NCBI GenBank assembly: GCA_964469335.1
Contig: CAYXYK010000001.1
Coordinates: 78,501-142,500, forward strand
DNA from: an uncultured Candidatus Saccharibacteria bacterium
GTDB lineage: Bacteria; Patescibacteriota; Minisyncoccia; Phycocordibacterales; UBA6899
Direction: 5' to 3'
DNA: 64,000 bases
The notes under the pieces: generated by a model
Told to the model about the DNA's origin: nothing
What the model saw: only the letters and a program-made list of their open reading frames with translations
Databases searched by the model: none
Part shown: piece by piece, positions 1-11,300 of the stretch
Position numbering within the stretch: the stretch's first letter is position 1
How the letters are laid out: each line of letters opens with the position of its first letter
Translations under genes and position numbers: made by a program

Positions 1-107
1 ACATGCGCACACCTCCTCTTTCGCACTTTCGTGCTTTACCTCTTCCATATGGATAAATTAATCGTAAATGCTGCTAATGCGTACCCTATTGGGGTAAATG
101 TTCTCTT

Positions 108-1526
108 TTACGCCCATGTTCTGATATACGTATCGACTGAGAATTTTGTTGCACATCCGTTTCGATTCATATATCGAACCTGTCCGTACACCGGACGGTC
201 GAACCACGCCCGGTCATGGACTCCGCCAAGCGACCAAGCGATCCCCGCGTACCCGTTCGGGTCTCGGCCGTCGAGTTCGTACGTATCATTGAGATATATG
301 GCTATTTCCATGGCTTGCTCGACCGACAGTGTCCACTCGAGGATCTTCTTTGCCCAATACATACGCATATAGCCGTGCATTTTCCCTGTTTTGAGCAGTT
401 CTTTTTGACAAGCATTCCAAAGTTCATCATGCGTTTCTGCCCGTTCAAATTGCAACCGAGTATAGAGATACTCGCGCTTGTCACTTCTATGTCGTTCATG
501 AGATTTCTTTGCCCAGTCCGGGAAACCGAGAGGTGAATCATAATCTGCCTGGTAGAAACAGAAGTTGTCGGAAAGTTCCCTGCGTACGATCAATTCCTCA
601 AGGAACGCCCCGGCGTGGTCTTCTAGCAAAAGCACCTCATCCTTATCGACTTTCGCCTTGTTCTTTGCCTTGTCGATCACTTCTTCGATGGGCATCCCTA
701 TGGCCTTCAGCGTTTCAAGTGCAACGCGTCCTGAAGCGATCTGACCGTAGTGGAGATATGGCGAAAGTGCCGACTGATGTGCGGAATTCGGGTCGTTACG
801 TAAAAGTGCATACTCGGGAAGGACTTCATTTATGAAGTATTTCAAACGCTTTCTTGCAGCCAGAGAGCCCGGGATGAATGTGAGCGGACACTCTTCATTT
901 TTCGGACCCGCAAGAAGCGATAGTGCCCCCCAATCGATCTCCGGAATAGCACCATCGAACCGATGCGGATGAGGCTTGAGAGCGGGAAATTCTTCGAGGA
1001 ACTCCGGGAGCAATTTATGCAGTTTTGGGCGAAGCGTATAGGCTCCGAACTCAAGTTTCGGGGAAGCGATCCAACATGGAACAATATTGTGTGTGTCGAC
1101 TTCATAGAGCGGCACGGAAAGGAGCTTACGCAATTCTTCGACCCACCTACGCGGCAGCCGCAGCGGGGAGAAATCGGTGATGACCGCACCGGCACCCTGT
1201 GCAATCACAAAATCATTGATCGTTTTTGCGCTCGACTCACCTGTTCTGTCGGTAACAATGAAGAATGGTATGTGTTTTTTCTCAAGCGACGACGCGACCT
1301 CTTCCAGACCGCGGAGCTTGAACTCATGTTGCCGAGAGATACCGCCAAGAAAATTCGGAACGAGATTAAAGACAACGAGGAGCGGAACCTTGGCTGACAA
1401 TGCGGTTTCCTGAGCAAAGAGCAGTGCCCAGTTGTCTTCTGCGCGCTGGTCACGACTCATCCAGTAGACGACGGGTCCCGAAGTGGCGTCTTTCGCGTTC
1501 AATTTCCTGACTCTATTCTCATTCAT
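108..1526 (-). CDS. phr: Deoxyribodipyrimidine photolyase, class II (CPD photolyase)
   Basis: 472-aa ORF; N-terminus MNENRVRKLN...GPVVYWMSRDQRAEDNWALLFAQ and C-terminal FAD-binding region (WNACQKELLKTGKMHGYMRMYWAKKIL) typical of class II photolyases; start overlaps stop of upstream gene by 4 nt. Confidence 0.85.
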   Translation of the reverse strand: MNENRVRKLNAKDATSGPVVYWMSRDQRAEDNWALLFAQETALSAKVPLLVVFNLVPNFLGGISRQHEFKLRGLEEVASSLEKKHIPFFIVTDRTGESSAKTINDFVIAQGAGAVITDFSPLRLPRRWVEELRKLLSVPLYEVDTHNIVPCWIASPKLEFGAYTLRPKLHKLLPEFLEEFPALKPHPHRFDGAIPEIDWGALSLLAGPKNEECPLTFIPGSLAARKRLKYFINEVLPEYALLRNDPNSAHQSALSPYLHYGQIASGRVALETLKAIGMPIEEVIDKAKNKAKVDKDEVLLLEDHAGAFLEELIVRRELSDNFCFYQADYDSPLGFPDWAKKSHERHRSDKREYLYTRLQFERAETHDELWNACQKELLKTGKMHGYMRMYWAKKILEWTLSVEQAMEIAIYLNDTYELDGRDPNGYAGIAWSLGGVHDRAWFDRPVYGQVRYMNRNGCATKFSVDTYIRTWA

Positions 1527-2227
1527 ACAGAAGTCATATCCTGGAAGCGTTTTTTAAAAGCGGCACCAACGACAGAACCGATCGCTATGCCAATCAGCAT
1601 TCCCGCAATGAATTCCGAAAACCAATGGATACCCATGGTAACCCCAAACCCGACATAGAGCGCATAGGAGCATGCAATGACCTTCAGAAAGACGCGTTTT
1701 GGGTAGAGGGTGATGAGCGCGAACATCGTCGCAAATGCAACCGTCGTGTGGGATGACGGCCAACCCCAGAATACTCCGCCGCGCATGAAGCCGAACTGGA
1801 ACCCATTACTAAGATCGACGGCGATCGCTGTCATATGATGCATCGGCGGAATACGTCCAGTGAATGCCTTGTAGGTCGAAGAAATGACAAGACCGAGAAA
1901 AGCCGACTGTGCCAATGCGAATCCGGTATTTATGAGTATTGTCTGTTTCTTTATGATTCCCCAAAGAAGGAGCCCGATAGGCGAGAAAATGGGAACGATA
2001 CCACCAAGCACTATTGCTGGCCAGAGGTACGCACTGATACTGCTTTCGTGAATAGACGAAAAATACCACCAGTCGAAGCCCGAGTTGACAATCGCGAAAG
2101 TGAGAAGGATCGCAGCAATATGAAGAAATATGTTGCGACCGCTGAAACTTTTTTTAATGTTCTGTGGAAGATTGTGGAGCAGTCCGTTCATGTCATCGAT
2201 ACTCCCACAATCAGAGTACACCTGCAA
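1523..2227 (-). CDS. PAP2-family membrane phosphatase (phosphatidic acid/undecaprenyl-PP phosphatase-like)
   Basis: Multi-TM 234-aa ORF with PAP2 motifs KAFTGRIPP (KxxxxxxRP), PSSHT (PSGH) and GIHWFSEF (SRxxxxxHxxxD-like); alternative start at MNGLL (2191). Confidence 0.65.
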   Translation of the reverse strand: MQVYSDCGSIDDMNGLLHNLPQNIKKSFSGRNIFLHIAAILLTFAIVNSGFDWWYFSSIHESSISAYLWPAIVLGGIVPIFSPIGLLLWGIIKKQTILINTGFALAQSAFLGLVISSTYKAFTGRIPPMHHMTAIAVDLSNGFQFGFMRGGVFWGWPSSHTTVAFATMFALITLYPKRVFLKVIACSYALYVGFGVTMGIHWFSEFIAGMLIGIAIGSVVGAAFKKRFQDMTSV

Positions 2228-2239
2228 GTAGGGTACGAC

Positions 2240-3256
2240 TCAAGTGTTCAGTCGTTTCTGCCACTCCCACGCGTGTCGCAACGCATCTTCTACGCTGTAC
2301 TCTGCACGCCAACCCATGATTTCGGCTATTTTCGTATTCTTTGCGAAACTCACGGGAATATCTCCAGGGCGCCGAGGCCCAATCTCATGGGGCAACTCGA
2401 CGCCACTCATTGTCTTGAAAATATCAATCAGCTCAAGCACGGACGTCCCCTGTCCTGTCCCGACATTGAACACCCCAATATATGACTGTGATTGTTTTGA
2501 AAGAAATTCAAGTGTTGCGATGTGCGCACGAGCAAGATCCATGACATGAATGAAGTCTCTGATACACGAACCATCCTTGGTATCGTAATCATTCCCGAAT
2601 ACTACCAGCTTTGCTCGCTTCTTCGCAGCAACCAACATCAGATACTGCACGACATTACTTGTTGCTTCCGAAGGGTACTCTCCCAATAACCCTGACGGAT
2701 GAGCTCCTATAGGATTGAAATAACGAAGGATCACAGCAGAGAGATCTACCCCGCTGGTTACTACATCCCTTACGATGCCCTCGGCGATGATCTTCGTTGT
2801 CGCATATGGAGAAAGGCTGTTTCTTGTCTCCGCAATTTCATCGACAGGATTCACTGATTGATCGCCGTACACCGCTGCAGATGAAGAGAACACAATGCGC
2901 TTCACGCCGAATTCCTTCATCACCCCAAGCAGTACGATAAGTGAGCGAAGGTTGTTGTCATAGTATGCGAGCGGCTGCTTAATTGATTCACTGACAACTT
3001 TGAGTGCAGCAAAATGAATGACGCCATCGATACCACCCTCTTGCTTGAACACTGAGGAAAGGAACCGCTCATCACGACAGTCGCCATCGTAGCAGTTTGG
3101 CATGATTCCTGTGATCTCTTTGATCCGGTCTAGTACGGCTTTATCCGAATTAGAGAAATTATCGACAATGACGGGAATATACCCTTTTTGGATGAGTTCG
3201 ACGCATGTGTGTGAGCCAATATATCCTGCCCCTCCTGTTACTAAGACTTTCTTCAT
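2240..3256 (-). CDS. galE: UDP-glucose 4-epimerase
   Basis: MKKVLVTGGAGYIGSHT Rossmann motif, SPYATTKIIAE (YxxxK catalytic), 338 aa, full-length GalE-like. Confidence 0.85.
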   Translation of the reverse strand: MKKVLVTGGAGYIGSHTCVELIQKGYIPVIVDNFSNSDKAVLDRIKEITGIMPNCYDGDCRDERFLSSVFKQEGGIDGVIHFAALKVVSESIKQPLAYYDNNLRSLIVLLGVMKEFGVKRIVFSSSAAVYGDQSVNPVDEIAETRNSLSPYATTKIIAEGIVRDVVTSGVDLSAVILRYFNPIGAHPSGLLGEYPSEATSNVVQYLMLVAAKKRAKLVVFGNDYDTKDGSCIRDFIHVMDLARAHIATLEFLSKQSQSYIGVFNVGTGQGTSVLELIDIFKTMSGVELPHEIGPRRPGDIPVSFAKNTKIAEIMGWRAEYSVEDALRHAWEWQKRLNT

Positions 3257-3299
3257 AGATAAGTATCATTCATCATAACTGCTTTTATTCCAGAAAAGT

Positions 3300-3338
3300 A
3301 ACGAACAAAAACGACCTAACGGGTCGTTTTTGTTCGTT
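3300..3338 (-). terminator. Perfect 17-bp-arm hairpin (rho-independent terminator of the 623-aa surface-protein gene)
   Basis: AACGAACAAAAACGACC-taacg-GGTCGTTTTTGTTCGTT; on minus strand followed by ACTTTTCT; lies between stop (3347) and galE start (3256). Confidence 0.6.
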
Positions 3339-3346
3339 GAACCTGA

Positions 3347-5167
3347 TTAAAGATCCGAAGTCAGGTCAGGAAGGGGGGTCTTGAGTTCGCTGCACTTCAT
3401 GAGATTCACCTCACGCTTGGTCGTCTTGTAAACGTACCCTGTGCCGTTCTCGATGTCTCTTCCCTTGTAGCCCGCATCATACCAAGGCTTGATGATATCA
3501 TCGTGATACTTTGCCTGGAATTTCTTGACCCAGTTCTTCGTCATGTTGCCGAAGAATCCGGTGACAGGGATATTCGCTCCCATGGTCTCATTGAGGAATG
3601 TCTGGAGTCGTGCAACGTCTTCAGTATCATTCTTCTTTCCTCTTCCCATGTAACTATGGATGTACTCGGTGCATCCGGCAGGAAGTGCGAGTTCGGGTGT
3701 CGTCGTCGCGGCACCGAGGACCTCTCCGGTCGTCGAGCCAACGTCCCCGGATGATCCGCCGACGGCGCCGGTCGGGACGACACAAGTACCGTCATCTTTA
3801 TTCGCTAGTGTGTTGAAGTTTGAAGCATCCTTATTGGTGCAGCCCCAGTAATCGAACGTAGAGCTACCGCCGACTGACGGTGCTGGTGGGGGGTTGTTGT
3901 TTCCTCCCTCCTCGCTGCCTCCGTTCCCTTCAGTGAATGCCGCGCAGGATGGGTCAGCGGAGTCAATGAGTTCGTTGTCATTGTTGTCGAAACCGTCCGT
4001 GCAGAGTGTCAGTGTGTTCTCTTCTCCAACAGGGTCACCGACATCACCGCCGCCGTTATCCGTAGTGGTTGCTCCATCATTGGTGATCACACATTCGGTA
4101 TTCTGATTCGTGGAAAGTACCCCGCTACATCCTTCGGAGTATGTCGTAACATATCCCGGAACCGCATACTCAGTCACGCTGAATGGTCCGGTGAAAGGGA
4201 ATGTCAGCCATGTGTTCCCTGACGGCATCGCGAAGTCTGCCTGGAAAGCACCGACGACCCAATGGAAGAGGAAATCAGTGAAGGTCATGCCGGGGATATT
4301 GTTGATGATGACCTTGGTCGGAATGATACTCGGGCGGAAATTCACACAACTCTCATCAGCAATATCTGTGAGCAAATTGTGGTCATTGTCGATGCCGTCA
4401 GTACAAAGAAGTAGGGTGTTCTCGGGCACATCATCACACGCATCTCCTACTCCGTTCGCATTTGCATCCGCCTGGTCGAAATTCGGAGTGGTGACACAGT
4501 TATCTGTTGCATCCGGGATACTATCTCCGTCGGCATCAGGAGGAAGAACGGGAGTATCACTGCCTACCGGAGGAGTCGGGGGCGTAGGCGGAGTCGGAGG
4601 AGTGGGAGGAGTCGGGGGAACCGGAATTGCATCGCCGGTAACCTCGACATCGTCGATATTCACAACATCAGTGGCATCCTTGAGTACTGCCGAGAAACGG
4701 ATGAGCACATTCGCCTTGTTGTCCGCATCCGAAGGAAGAGTGATCGGATGATTCGGGAGATTCGAATACCATACGCCGTCAGCAGACGATTCGTCGATCG
4801 TCTTGACGCGTACCCAGGTCACGCCGTCATCGAGCGAATATTCAAGAAAGACCTCGTCATTCGGCTCAGGAAGATCAGTAAGACCGACCGGTGCCATGTA
4901 CCAGAAGTTGATCCCGATATTGGTGTACCCGACCGTAGAGATACTTTTGGTGACCTGTGATGCTTCTAGGAGTGTGCCCATCACTTTGAGTGACGAATTT
5001 CCCGAATGTTTCTCTGCAGTGTCGAGTGTCCAATTCGCCCCGACCGATGACCACGACGAAAGATCACTTCCTTCGAAGCCTTCGGTTGCCACAGTTGCGG
5101 CAAGTGCTGATGCGGGGAGAACGATCGCCGCAATGAGTCCTGCAATGAATGTGAATTTCTTTTTCAT
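3347..5167 (-). CDS. Secreted cell-surface protein: signal peptide, PT-linker, thrombospondin type-3-like Ca-binding repeats, C-terminal peptidoglycan-binding (PG_binding_1-like) domain
   Basis: Likely start MKKKFTFIAGLIAAIVLPASALA (cat at 5165-5167). PTPPTPPTPPTPPTPP linker. DADGDSIPDATDNCVTTPNFDQADANANGVGDACDD matches TSP3 consensus. CTDGIDNDHN...ADESC and CTDGFDNNDNELIDSADPSC are Cys-flanked Asp-rich loops. C-term ARLQTFLNETMGANIPVTGFFGNMTKNWVKKFQAKY matches the PG-binding domain. Confidence 0.6.
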   Translation of the reverse strand: MKKKFTFIAGLIAAIVLPASALAATVATEGFEGSDLSSWSSVGANWTLDTAEKHSGNSSLKVMGTLLEASQVTKSISTVGYTNIGINFWYMAPVGLTDLPEPNDEVFLEYSLDDGVTWVRVKTIDESSADGVWYSNLPNHPITLPSDADNKANVLIRFSAVLKDATDVVNIDDVEVTGDAIPVPPTPPTPPTPPTPPTPPVGSDTPVLPPDADGDSIPDATDNCVTTPNFDQADANANGVGDACDDVPENTLLLCTDGIDNDHNLLTDIADESCVNFRPSIIPTKVIINNIPGMTFTDFLFHWVVGAFQADFAMPSGNTWLTFPFTGPFSVTEYAVPGYVTTYSEGCSGVLSTNQNTECVITNDGATTTDNGGGDVGDPVGEENTLTLCTDGFDNNDNELIDSADPSCAAFTEGNGGSEEGGNNNPPPAPSVGGSSTFDYWGCTNKDASNFNTLANKDDGTCVVPTGAVGGSSGDVGSTTGEVLGAATTTPELALPAGCTEYIHSYMGRGKKNDTEDVARLQTFLNETMGANIPVTGFFGNMTKNWVKKFQAKYHDDIIKPWYDAGYKGRDIENGTGYVYKTTKREVNLMKCSELKTPLPDLTSDL

Positions 5168-5342
5168 AATAGTGCTGTGATGAATAATCCCGATGATATT
5201 AATAATGAAACCCGCCACAGAAGCTTCTGCTTCTCTGTATTTGTGATACCAGCCCGGGCGACAAGAACTTACTTATCGTTCTACGCCTCACTTCGCTTTG
5301 TGTCAATTGGATGTTGTCGTTCATAGGTCTGAATTTATAGCT

Positions 5343-8300
5343 TTACAGAGCCATTTGCTGGACCCCTTCGCGGATGGTTGGCACTGTGACGCCGCTCGCC
5401 TTGATATAGTTGACCAAGGTCTGCAGGTCAGATGGACTAATGGAAAGCTGCTCTCCTCCCGTATCGACTTGATGGAACATGAAGATCAGCCATGTCTTGT
5501 CTTGCTTTGCCTGATCAACCCAAGCTTCGAGCTGCGAAAGTGGTGTCGCCATATCGATCTGCTGTACCTTAAGGGCATATTTGTCGGTATTTTTCAGGTT
5601 GAAACCTCGATCGACCGAACGCGCCCCGATGAAGCCTGCGGTCTGTGCGGTCTGCTCTACTGCCGCATTGTAGTCGCCGTACGGGTACACAAGTATTTCG
5701 GGTGCCGTCACTCCGATGCCAAGCAGGTCATTTCGTGATCCGGTGATCTGATTCTGCATATCCACCACAGGAATGGTCGATAGCGAAACGTGGGTCTGTG
5801 TGTGTGAGTCTATCTCATGTCCGCTTGCTTGCATGTCGAGCACTTGTCCTGATGAAACATACGGTTGAGGATTCCCATCATCAAGGTTGGCGAGGTCTAT
5901 CGTGAGAGTACCGACTGACGAGAGTGCGTGGAAGATAGTCATCGACTGTACGTTGCCGGGGACAGTGAACTGTACCGGCTGTGTCGCCCACACCGGAGAG
6001 GGGGGTACCACCGCAAGTTGCGCATAGACATATGTGCTACTTCCCATATAGTATCGCGCGGTGATGGTACTCGTCGCAGTAGATTTATAGTAATCAGAGA
6101 ATGTGAACTTCTGTCCATCGACAACACTCACATCCTTGAAGTACCACTTTGCATCACCATCGGTGTAGGTGGTGATCGATAGCTGTGCCGCTTTTGCGCC
6201 GCTGAAACCTGCGACCGGCCAGGTGAGCACAGCATCATTTGTTCCCCACCCACCCTTGAACCAGTCCTGCGGCGTAGAGGCGGTTCCTGTCGCTTCGAGT
6301 GAGAAGTTAGAGATCGGATTCGCCGGAACAGTGTTGAGCATATAGGACGTGATGATCCCAAATGAGCCCTTAAGCCCCGCCGCATTCAGCATCGGCATAA
6401 CCGTCGTATAGTGCGACACCCATCCGTCATCGAATGAGAGCGACACCATACCGTTCGCGAACGTGTTCGGATTCACACCACTTGACGGAGCAAGTGAGAA
6501 ATTGTCGACACTGAGCGTTCCGACTGATGAGAGTGCGTGGAAGATGGTCACCGCTGTCGCATTCGCCGGAGGGACGAATTGTACGCTTGTCTTTGTCCAG
6601 TTTGCTGCCGCGGGGACATTCCCGAGGAAAACATAGGAGAAAGTACCCCCGACAAGCGTGTAACGAGCAGTGAGTGCCGTTCCCACATCGCTCTTGTAGT
6701 AATCAGAGTACGTGTAAGACGTACCGGTCGCGATATTGACCGGATTGAAGTACCACTTTGCATCACCGTCGGTGAAGGTCGTGATGGTCATCGCAACTGC
6801 TTTCGCACCGTCCTGTCCTGCGACGGGGTACGAAAGGACGCGATTATTTGTCCCCCAACCTCCCTGTGCCCATCCAGTCGGCAAGGTTGTACCTGTCTCG
6901 ACTGAAGGATTTGCGATGAGGTTAGTGGTGGTTGCGACGGAATTATTCACCATAACAGTAGAGGTTGCGGTCGCAGTGTTGCCTGCAGCATCACGCGCTA
7001 CTGCGGTGACGACATGCGCCCCATTCGTCGAGCTCAGCGTTGACCACGTCATGCTGTAGGGTGACGCGAGGTCCTCACTTTCCTGCTGCACCGCATCAAC
7101 AAAGAATTTCACACCGACGACGCCAATGTTGTCGGAAGATGACGCGGACAAGGTGACGTCACCGCTCACCGTACTTCCTGAAATGGGATTAGTAATCGTG
7201 ATGATAGGCTTTGTCGTATCCGGTGTCGATGTCGAGTTATTCACGTTTATAGTACTCGTACCGGTGTTGTTGTTGCCGACTGCGTCCTCAGCGGTCGCCT
7301 TGAGCACATGCGCACCATTGGTGAGGAGGGTGGTGTTGAGTGCAAAGGAATACGGTGCGCTGGTGTAGACCGGACTGACGACGTTGCCATCGACCGCGAA
7401 CCAGAGTTTGGTGACCGCGACATTGTCGGTCGAGCTCGCAGTGATATTGATCGTGCCTGAAACAGTCGCGTTATTCGCAGGCGCCGTCATAGCGACTAGC
7501 GGAGCTTGGGTGTCGGTGTTGACGGTGGTCGTTCCTTTCGCGTTGATACTGAAGTCATCGATATCAAGTGTCCCCACCGCGCTGATGAGTGGGTAGAGTG
7601 TGAGCTGAGTCGCTCCGACCGGAGGAGTGAAATCCGCGCTCATTTTGACCCAGTTTGTCGTAGGCTGATTCTCTTTGGCGATACCGACATAGAGAAGCGT
7701 GCCGTTCGACATGGTGTACTCGCCTATCACATCCATGATCGTGCTCGACTTGTACCAGCCGCTGAAGTTATAGAGGGTACCCGGCGTGACGGCGATCTTG
7801 TTGAAGTACCACTTTGCATCACCGCTGGTGTAGGTGGTCATCGCGACGCGTGCGCCTTTCAGCCCGTCTTGCCCTGTCACGGGATACGTGAATGTACGAT
7901 CGTTGGTCCCCCAGCCTCCTTTGTTCCATCCGAGCGGATTCGCTCCGTTCGCCGTCTCGAAGTTTCCGTTCGGGATCAGGTTCGGACCGAGTGTCGTGGT
8001 TGCGGTCGAGGTGCTGTTCGACACTGTGAGCGGAAGAAGTGCGAAATTGTTGTTCCCTGCCGCGTCGAATGCGGTGACCGTGACGGTGTGTGCACCGTTC
8101 GTCGAGGATGCGGTGTTCCAATTGAAACTGAATGCGGGAGTCACGCCGCTTGCGACGAGTACATTGTCCACTTTGAATTGGAGCGAAGTGACGCCGACAT
8201 TGTCGGTCGCATTCCCATTCACGGCAACGACGCCGCTGACGGTCGCTCCATTTGCGGGTGACGAGATGGTGACGACGGGAAGAGTAGTATCTCCGCCTCC

Positions 8301-11300
8301 TCCGATCGCGTTGTTCACTGTGAAAGTGACAGTGGAGGAAGTAGCAACATTTCCCGCTGCGTCACGTGCAACTGCAAAGAGCGAGTGGGTCGCATTACTT
8401 TGGAGAGAACTATCGAACGCGAGCTCATATGGACTGGTGAGCACCTCATTTCCGAATTTCACATTGTCGAGATAGAACTGTATGCCAGCGATACCGGAAA
8501 GGTCCCCTGCCTGCGCGCGCAGTGGGGATACGCCCTTGAGTGTCGCTCCTGACACGGGAGTCGAGATTGCCACTGCAGGCTTCGTCGTATCACTTACCGC
8601 ACCGGCGGTTCCAAGATAGTACATATCAGTACTGAGGACCCCGACATTGTAGAGCGAGTGGAGCACGGTCATCGAAACGACACCTGCGGGAACCGTGAAG
8701 TTGTACTGTACCTTCGTCCAGTTGGTCTGTGCCGGGAGTGTACCGAGCGTGACATATCCGAACGCACCGCTCGTGAGGGTGTAACGAATCATCACTGTCG
8801 AAACGCCGGTTGACTTATAGTAATCGGAGAATTGGAGATTCGCGCCGGGAGTCACGGGAACATCGGCGAAATACCATCTTGCCGCACCACTCGAATAAGT
8901 GGCAACATTGATCTGCATCGCGCGTGCACCGTCAAAACCCGCGACCGGGTACGCGAATGTCGTGCTATTGGTTCCGTATTTTGCTTGAAGCCAGTTCAAA
9001 GGCTTTCCTCCTGTTCCTGCGGTTTCCACAGAGGGGTTGAGGATGAGATTCTGAGTCGAGGTCGCGCCGCCCGCCGCCTGATTAAGCACAGAGAGCGTGA
9101 TCGATGATGAAGTCGCAGTATTCCCCGCAGCGTCACGTGATACAGCGAAGATCACATGGGAGCCGTTCGCGACCGACTGAGAGTTCCAAGCATAGGCATA
9201 AGGACTTTCAGCAAGCTGGTTGCCGACCGCGACATTGTCTACATAATAGCGCACTCCCGAGACTCCGACGTTGTCACTTGAAGACGCGACGAGCGTAACG
9301 ATGCCCGAGACAGTCTGGTTGTTGAGCGGACTCGTCATCGCGACCAAAGGTGCAGTGGTATCGATTCCGGTCGGAGTCGACTGGATCGAGAAAAGGTCGA
9401 TCGACATCTGTCCGACGCTCGTAAGTGGGAACGCGACCATGGCAGATGTGCCTCCAGCCGGGACCACGAAGGTCCGGTCGACACGGGTCCAGTTTGCCGC
9501 AGGAAGAATGTCCCCGAGATTGTAATATGTGTATGTGCCGTCACCATATCCGATTTGCAGAATGATCCCTACTGCCGCATTGGATTTATAGTAACCGGAA
9601 AAATCGTATGAATGCCCTCCACTTACAGTGACTGGCTCATGCACCCACTTCACATCACCGTCAGTGTATGAAGTGACAGTGACCTGAGCAGCGTCAGTTC
9701 CGTCGAACCCTGCGACCGGATAAAGGTAGTTCGCGGCATTGATCCCGTACCCACCGATAGCCCAGTGATCCGGCGAGGTAGCTGAACCTGCCGAAGGTGT
9801 CTCGAGTGAAGGATTGAGGATCTGATTGCCGAGAGTCGGAACGAAGTTATCGAGATAGATGTTGACGCTCTTAGAAGTACTGAGGCCGCCCGAGTCGGTA
9901 ACGGTAAGTCGCACTTCGGTATAGACGTCTGTATCGTTGTGGTCAGGTGCCGGGAATGAGGGGTTTGTCCCGGTGAGTGTCTGCAGGATATGAATATGGG
10001 TGTTGTGGTGAAGAATGATCGTCCAGACGAGTGATGCACCGGAGAGTGTTCCATCCTCAGGATCGATACCTGTCCCTGAGAGGGCGATATTATCCCCCAC
10101 CTTATAGAGTCCGCCGGTGGAAGGAGCGATGATCGTCGCGGTCGGTGCGCGGTTGCCGGCATAGATCGTGATGCTTTTCGTGTTCTGCCCGCCCTGCCCG
10201 TCGAATACCGTGAGCGCGGCGGTATAGTTCCCTTGCGTCGTATACACATGGACCGGATTGGTGGAAGTAGAAGTAGCACCGTCACCGAAGTTCCACAGAT
10301 AAGTGAGCGGATTATTGTCCGGGTCGCTTGAGGCAGCACCGTTGAATGTCACCGAGAGCGGAAGCGACCCTGAGGTCGGATTTGCGCTCATGACCGCGAT
10401 CGGCTGACGGTTCCCGGTCGTGTAGAGGATGCGCTTGAGCTCTCCGGTATAGATAGAAAGGAAATAGACGTTACCGTCGGGACCCGCGGTGATGTCGACC
10501 GGTCCGTCACTCCCATCTGCTGCTGACATGAAATCCTGAACCGAGACGAAGTTCTCGCTACCGTCGAGCACGACACGTTTGATCCAGTTCTGCGCATAGT
10601 CACCGATGAAAAGTGAGTTCTGGTATGCGAGCGGATATGCGCTCCCGAACGCACCTGCGGTGACAGAGCCTGCACCATTCACGTCATGAGCGTATGAATA
10701 GAGTGGAGTCTTCATTCCGACAACATTACAGTTGAATTCCGCCCGCTTGTCGACGCCTTCATAGCACGGCCAGCCATAGTTCCCGCCTGCGACAATCTTG
10801 TTCACCTCTTCCCAGCTGCTCCAACCCACATCACCACTGAAGAGGGATCCAGTCGAAGCACGGAAATTGAAACGGAAATCATTGCGGAGTCCATAGACCC
10901 ACACCTTCGATCGGTTCGCGGTCGAACTGCCATTATAGAACGGATTATCAGCAGGTGCAGTACCGTCGGTATTGATGCGGATCATCTTTCCTCCGAGACT
11001 GTCGAGGTCCTGCGCGCGCATCGCATAGGGGTCAGCGTAATCGAAGTTCGCTCCCTCACCGAATGTAGCGTAGAGTTTGCCGTCAGGTCCGAAGCGGAGT
11101 CCTCCGACACTATGACTTGCGGAGTCCGACGGGATACAGTCAGACGTCGTCGCATAGTCCGCACAGGAAGGCTTGGCGAGTGTACCACCGACCGAACCGA
11201 CAAGGGTGACCTTGGTTGATTCATCGGCAACATCGCCGACGAGGGTGACGCGAACAATGCGTCCCGTCTTCTTCCCTGCGAAGTTGGTCCCAGGTGTATT

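Noticed and set aside
31-536. ORFs 31-372 (+) and 216-536 (+) at window start
   Set aside because: Antisense to the well-supported photolyase CDS; no motifs.
4560-4640. Short-period nucleotide repeats (ggaggagtcgggggcgtaggcggagtcggaggagtgggagga) that might look like a tandem repeat/CRISPR-like array; similar tracts at 14400-15250
   Set aside because: They are in-frame coding low-complexity Pro/Thr/Ala linkers (PTPPTPP, PAPAPAP) of secreted proteins on the opposite strand. There is no spacer-repeat architecture.
6537-10339. Multiple long ORFs on the + strand (e.g. 7506-8261, 7834-8475, 6537-6905) and 9650-10339 (-) inside the giant gene
   Set aside because: They lie antisense or out of frame within a 6.3 kb GC-rich CDS that has consistent domain homology. 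Stop-codon-poor GC-rich DNA generates such shadow ORFs.
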